A stretch of DNA of 64,000 nt from Macrostomum hystrix. Its lineage: Eukaryota; Animalia; Platyhelminthes. The stretch lies in assembly GCA_950097015.1 (NCBI GenBank), contig CATNEN010000001.1, positions 16,430,001 to 16,494,000 on the forward strand, in the 5' to 3' direction. Positions within the stretch are counted from its first letter, which is position 1; each line of letters begins with the position of its first letter. The position numbers and the translations under genes are program-made. Positions 62,613 to 64,000 of this stretch are shown piece after piece. The notes under the pieces are model-generated. The model did no database searches and was not told the DNA's origin. It saw nothing but the letters and a program-made list of their open reading frames with translations.

Positions 62613-64000
62613 CTTGGGGCCTGAGGGACTGGCTCCAAAACCCATATACCCGAGCTGGCTCCCAATATAAGCGACTGCACTGCTTGAAACTTCTTTTTCG
62701 TGGAATTTTTAACTACCTTTCATTCTACATTTAAATTTACTTTTAACATACGAACCGTACGTTTCTAATCATATTTTCTTTTCAATGGCTGAAATTTCGA
62801 GCATCGAGAAATTACTTGATTCTGCTGTCTTGGCTCATGTACAGATCCCTGGGCGCTTCCCTGCCTCCACACCTTTTGCTTTTCATGCATTGGAGGCCTA
62901 GAGCACCACCAGCAATTCCTCAACTGCCCTATGTGTAGGCAAGTGCACTACGTGCCTGACAGCAAATTTGCCGAAGAACTTTTTTTGATTTTTTGAGCAA
63001 ATCCGCTTGGCCATAGATAGCGATGACTCTTTTTTAGCGGATATGTTCGAGTTGTGGGAGTAATATCCCCAACAACGTTTTTTCTGTATTTTGCAATGCG
63101 CAGCACCTCCTCAGCGGCTGCCAAGGCAGCTACTGAAGGTGAGTGTATCTGATCTTGGCCACATTGACTTTTCAAGGTTGTATGTAGGCCAATATTCTGA
63201 AGCAGAATCGCAGAATTCTATCGGATGTGAGCCTGGACATTCAAAGCAGTTCAGCAACGGTACTTTTAGTCGACCATGGCATGATCGCTCGAAAGCTGTT
63301 GTCTGAATTGTTTGAGGTTCAGGCCTATGATTCAAATCTGGCTTCCATTATGGAAGCACCAGATCGTGCGATTCGATGCAGGCTGAAAGTGGCTGGCTGA
63401 ATTTCCATCCTATTTCGGCTCGCTCGCTTCAGAAATGATGCGTAAATTGGCATTAGGCTCACAGTCACGCATCGTTATGCGGACTGGCTGGCAGACCTAT
63501 GCCGATGTCTACGCTCCGCAGCCGCCAGCTAGAACTTTGCACCACCCCGTGGACTTGTACAGCTACAACGAAGCCGGCATTACGGTACAAATGGTTGCCG
63601 CTGGGATTTTGAAGCGCGGTTAATGCTCACAGACGCAAGTCTGTCGAGGCGTCCTTCGTCAATGTGCTCAGAACTGGGTTGCCCACAGACGCAAGTCTGT
63701 CGAGGCGTCCAGCTCCAGGCTGATAACAACTGTGATGCCCGCGGAAGAAAATCCGCTGAGGCGTCCAGCTTCAGGCTGAGAATTACTGTGATGCCCGCAG
63801 ACGCAGGTCCGCAGAGGCTCCCAACCTCAGGGTTGAACTCCGCCATAGCCGGTCCCAAGCCCGGTTGCGAAAGGAGGGTTAGAATGGGGCTGCCAAACCC
63901 ATCCAGTAAAATCCTGTCGCGTTTTCCGTTAATAAAATAGAGTAGAAATCATAAATAGTATGGGCGTTGTAGCTTTTCTATCAATTTTAGTCAATTTTCC

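Noticed and set aside
62780-63940. Possible decayed gene and short repeats at the window end
   Set aside because: Multiple stops and no motif I can recognise.

Overview
Eukaryotic (GT-AG intron-containing, probably invertebrate animal) repeat-dense DNA with no clearly intact host gene. It is dominated by nested Helitron rolling-circle transposons, whose TC...hairpin-CTAG termini can be read directly. Three genes recur: (i) a 9-exon RepHel (STPR-like repeats, OTU protease, HUH Rep, Pif1 helicase; 3 copies), (ii) a two-OB-fold RPA70-like ssDNA-binding protein (4 copies), and (iii) a small protein I cannot assign to any family, with an INN(F/Y)-like N-terminus, an Arg/Gly-rich tract, a CX2CX3HX4C zinc knuckle and a polyQ tail (4 divergent copies, always antisense to the element). 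A 23.8-kb head-to-tail Helitron array (3149-26938) sits at an A|T site whose empty paralogue is at 28347|28348. Its units share termini but carry different cargo (non-coding; RPA + knuckle; RepHel), which suggests a segmented, helper-like Helitron system. Also present: element-borne minisatellites (18, 21, 23 and 31 bp, the last with higher-order structure), a solo LTR, a truncated Gypsy element interrupted by a LINE, and a decayed region with C2H2, HMG-like, CxC and SANT modules. All calls were made by eye; no database search was run.
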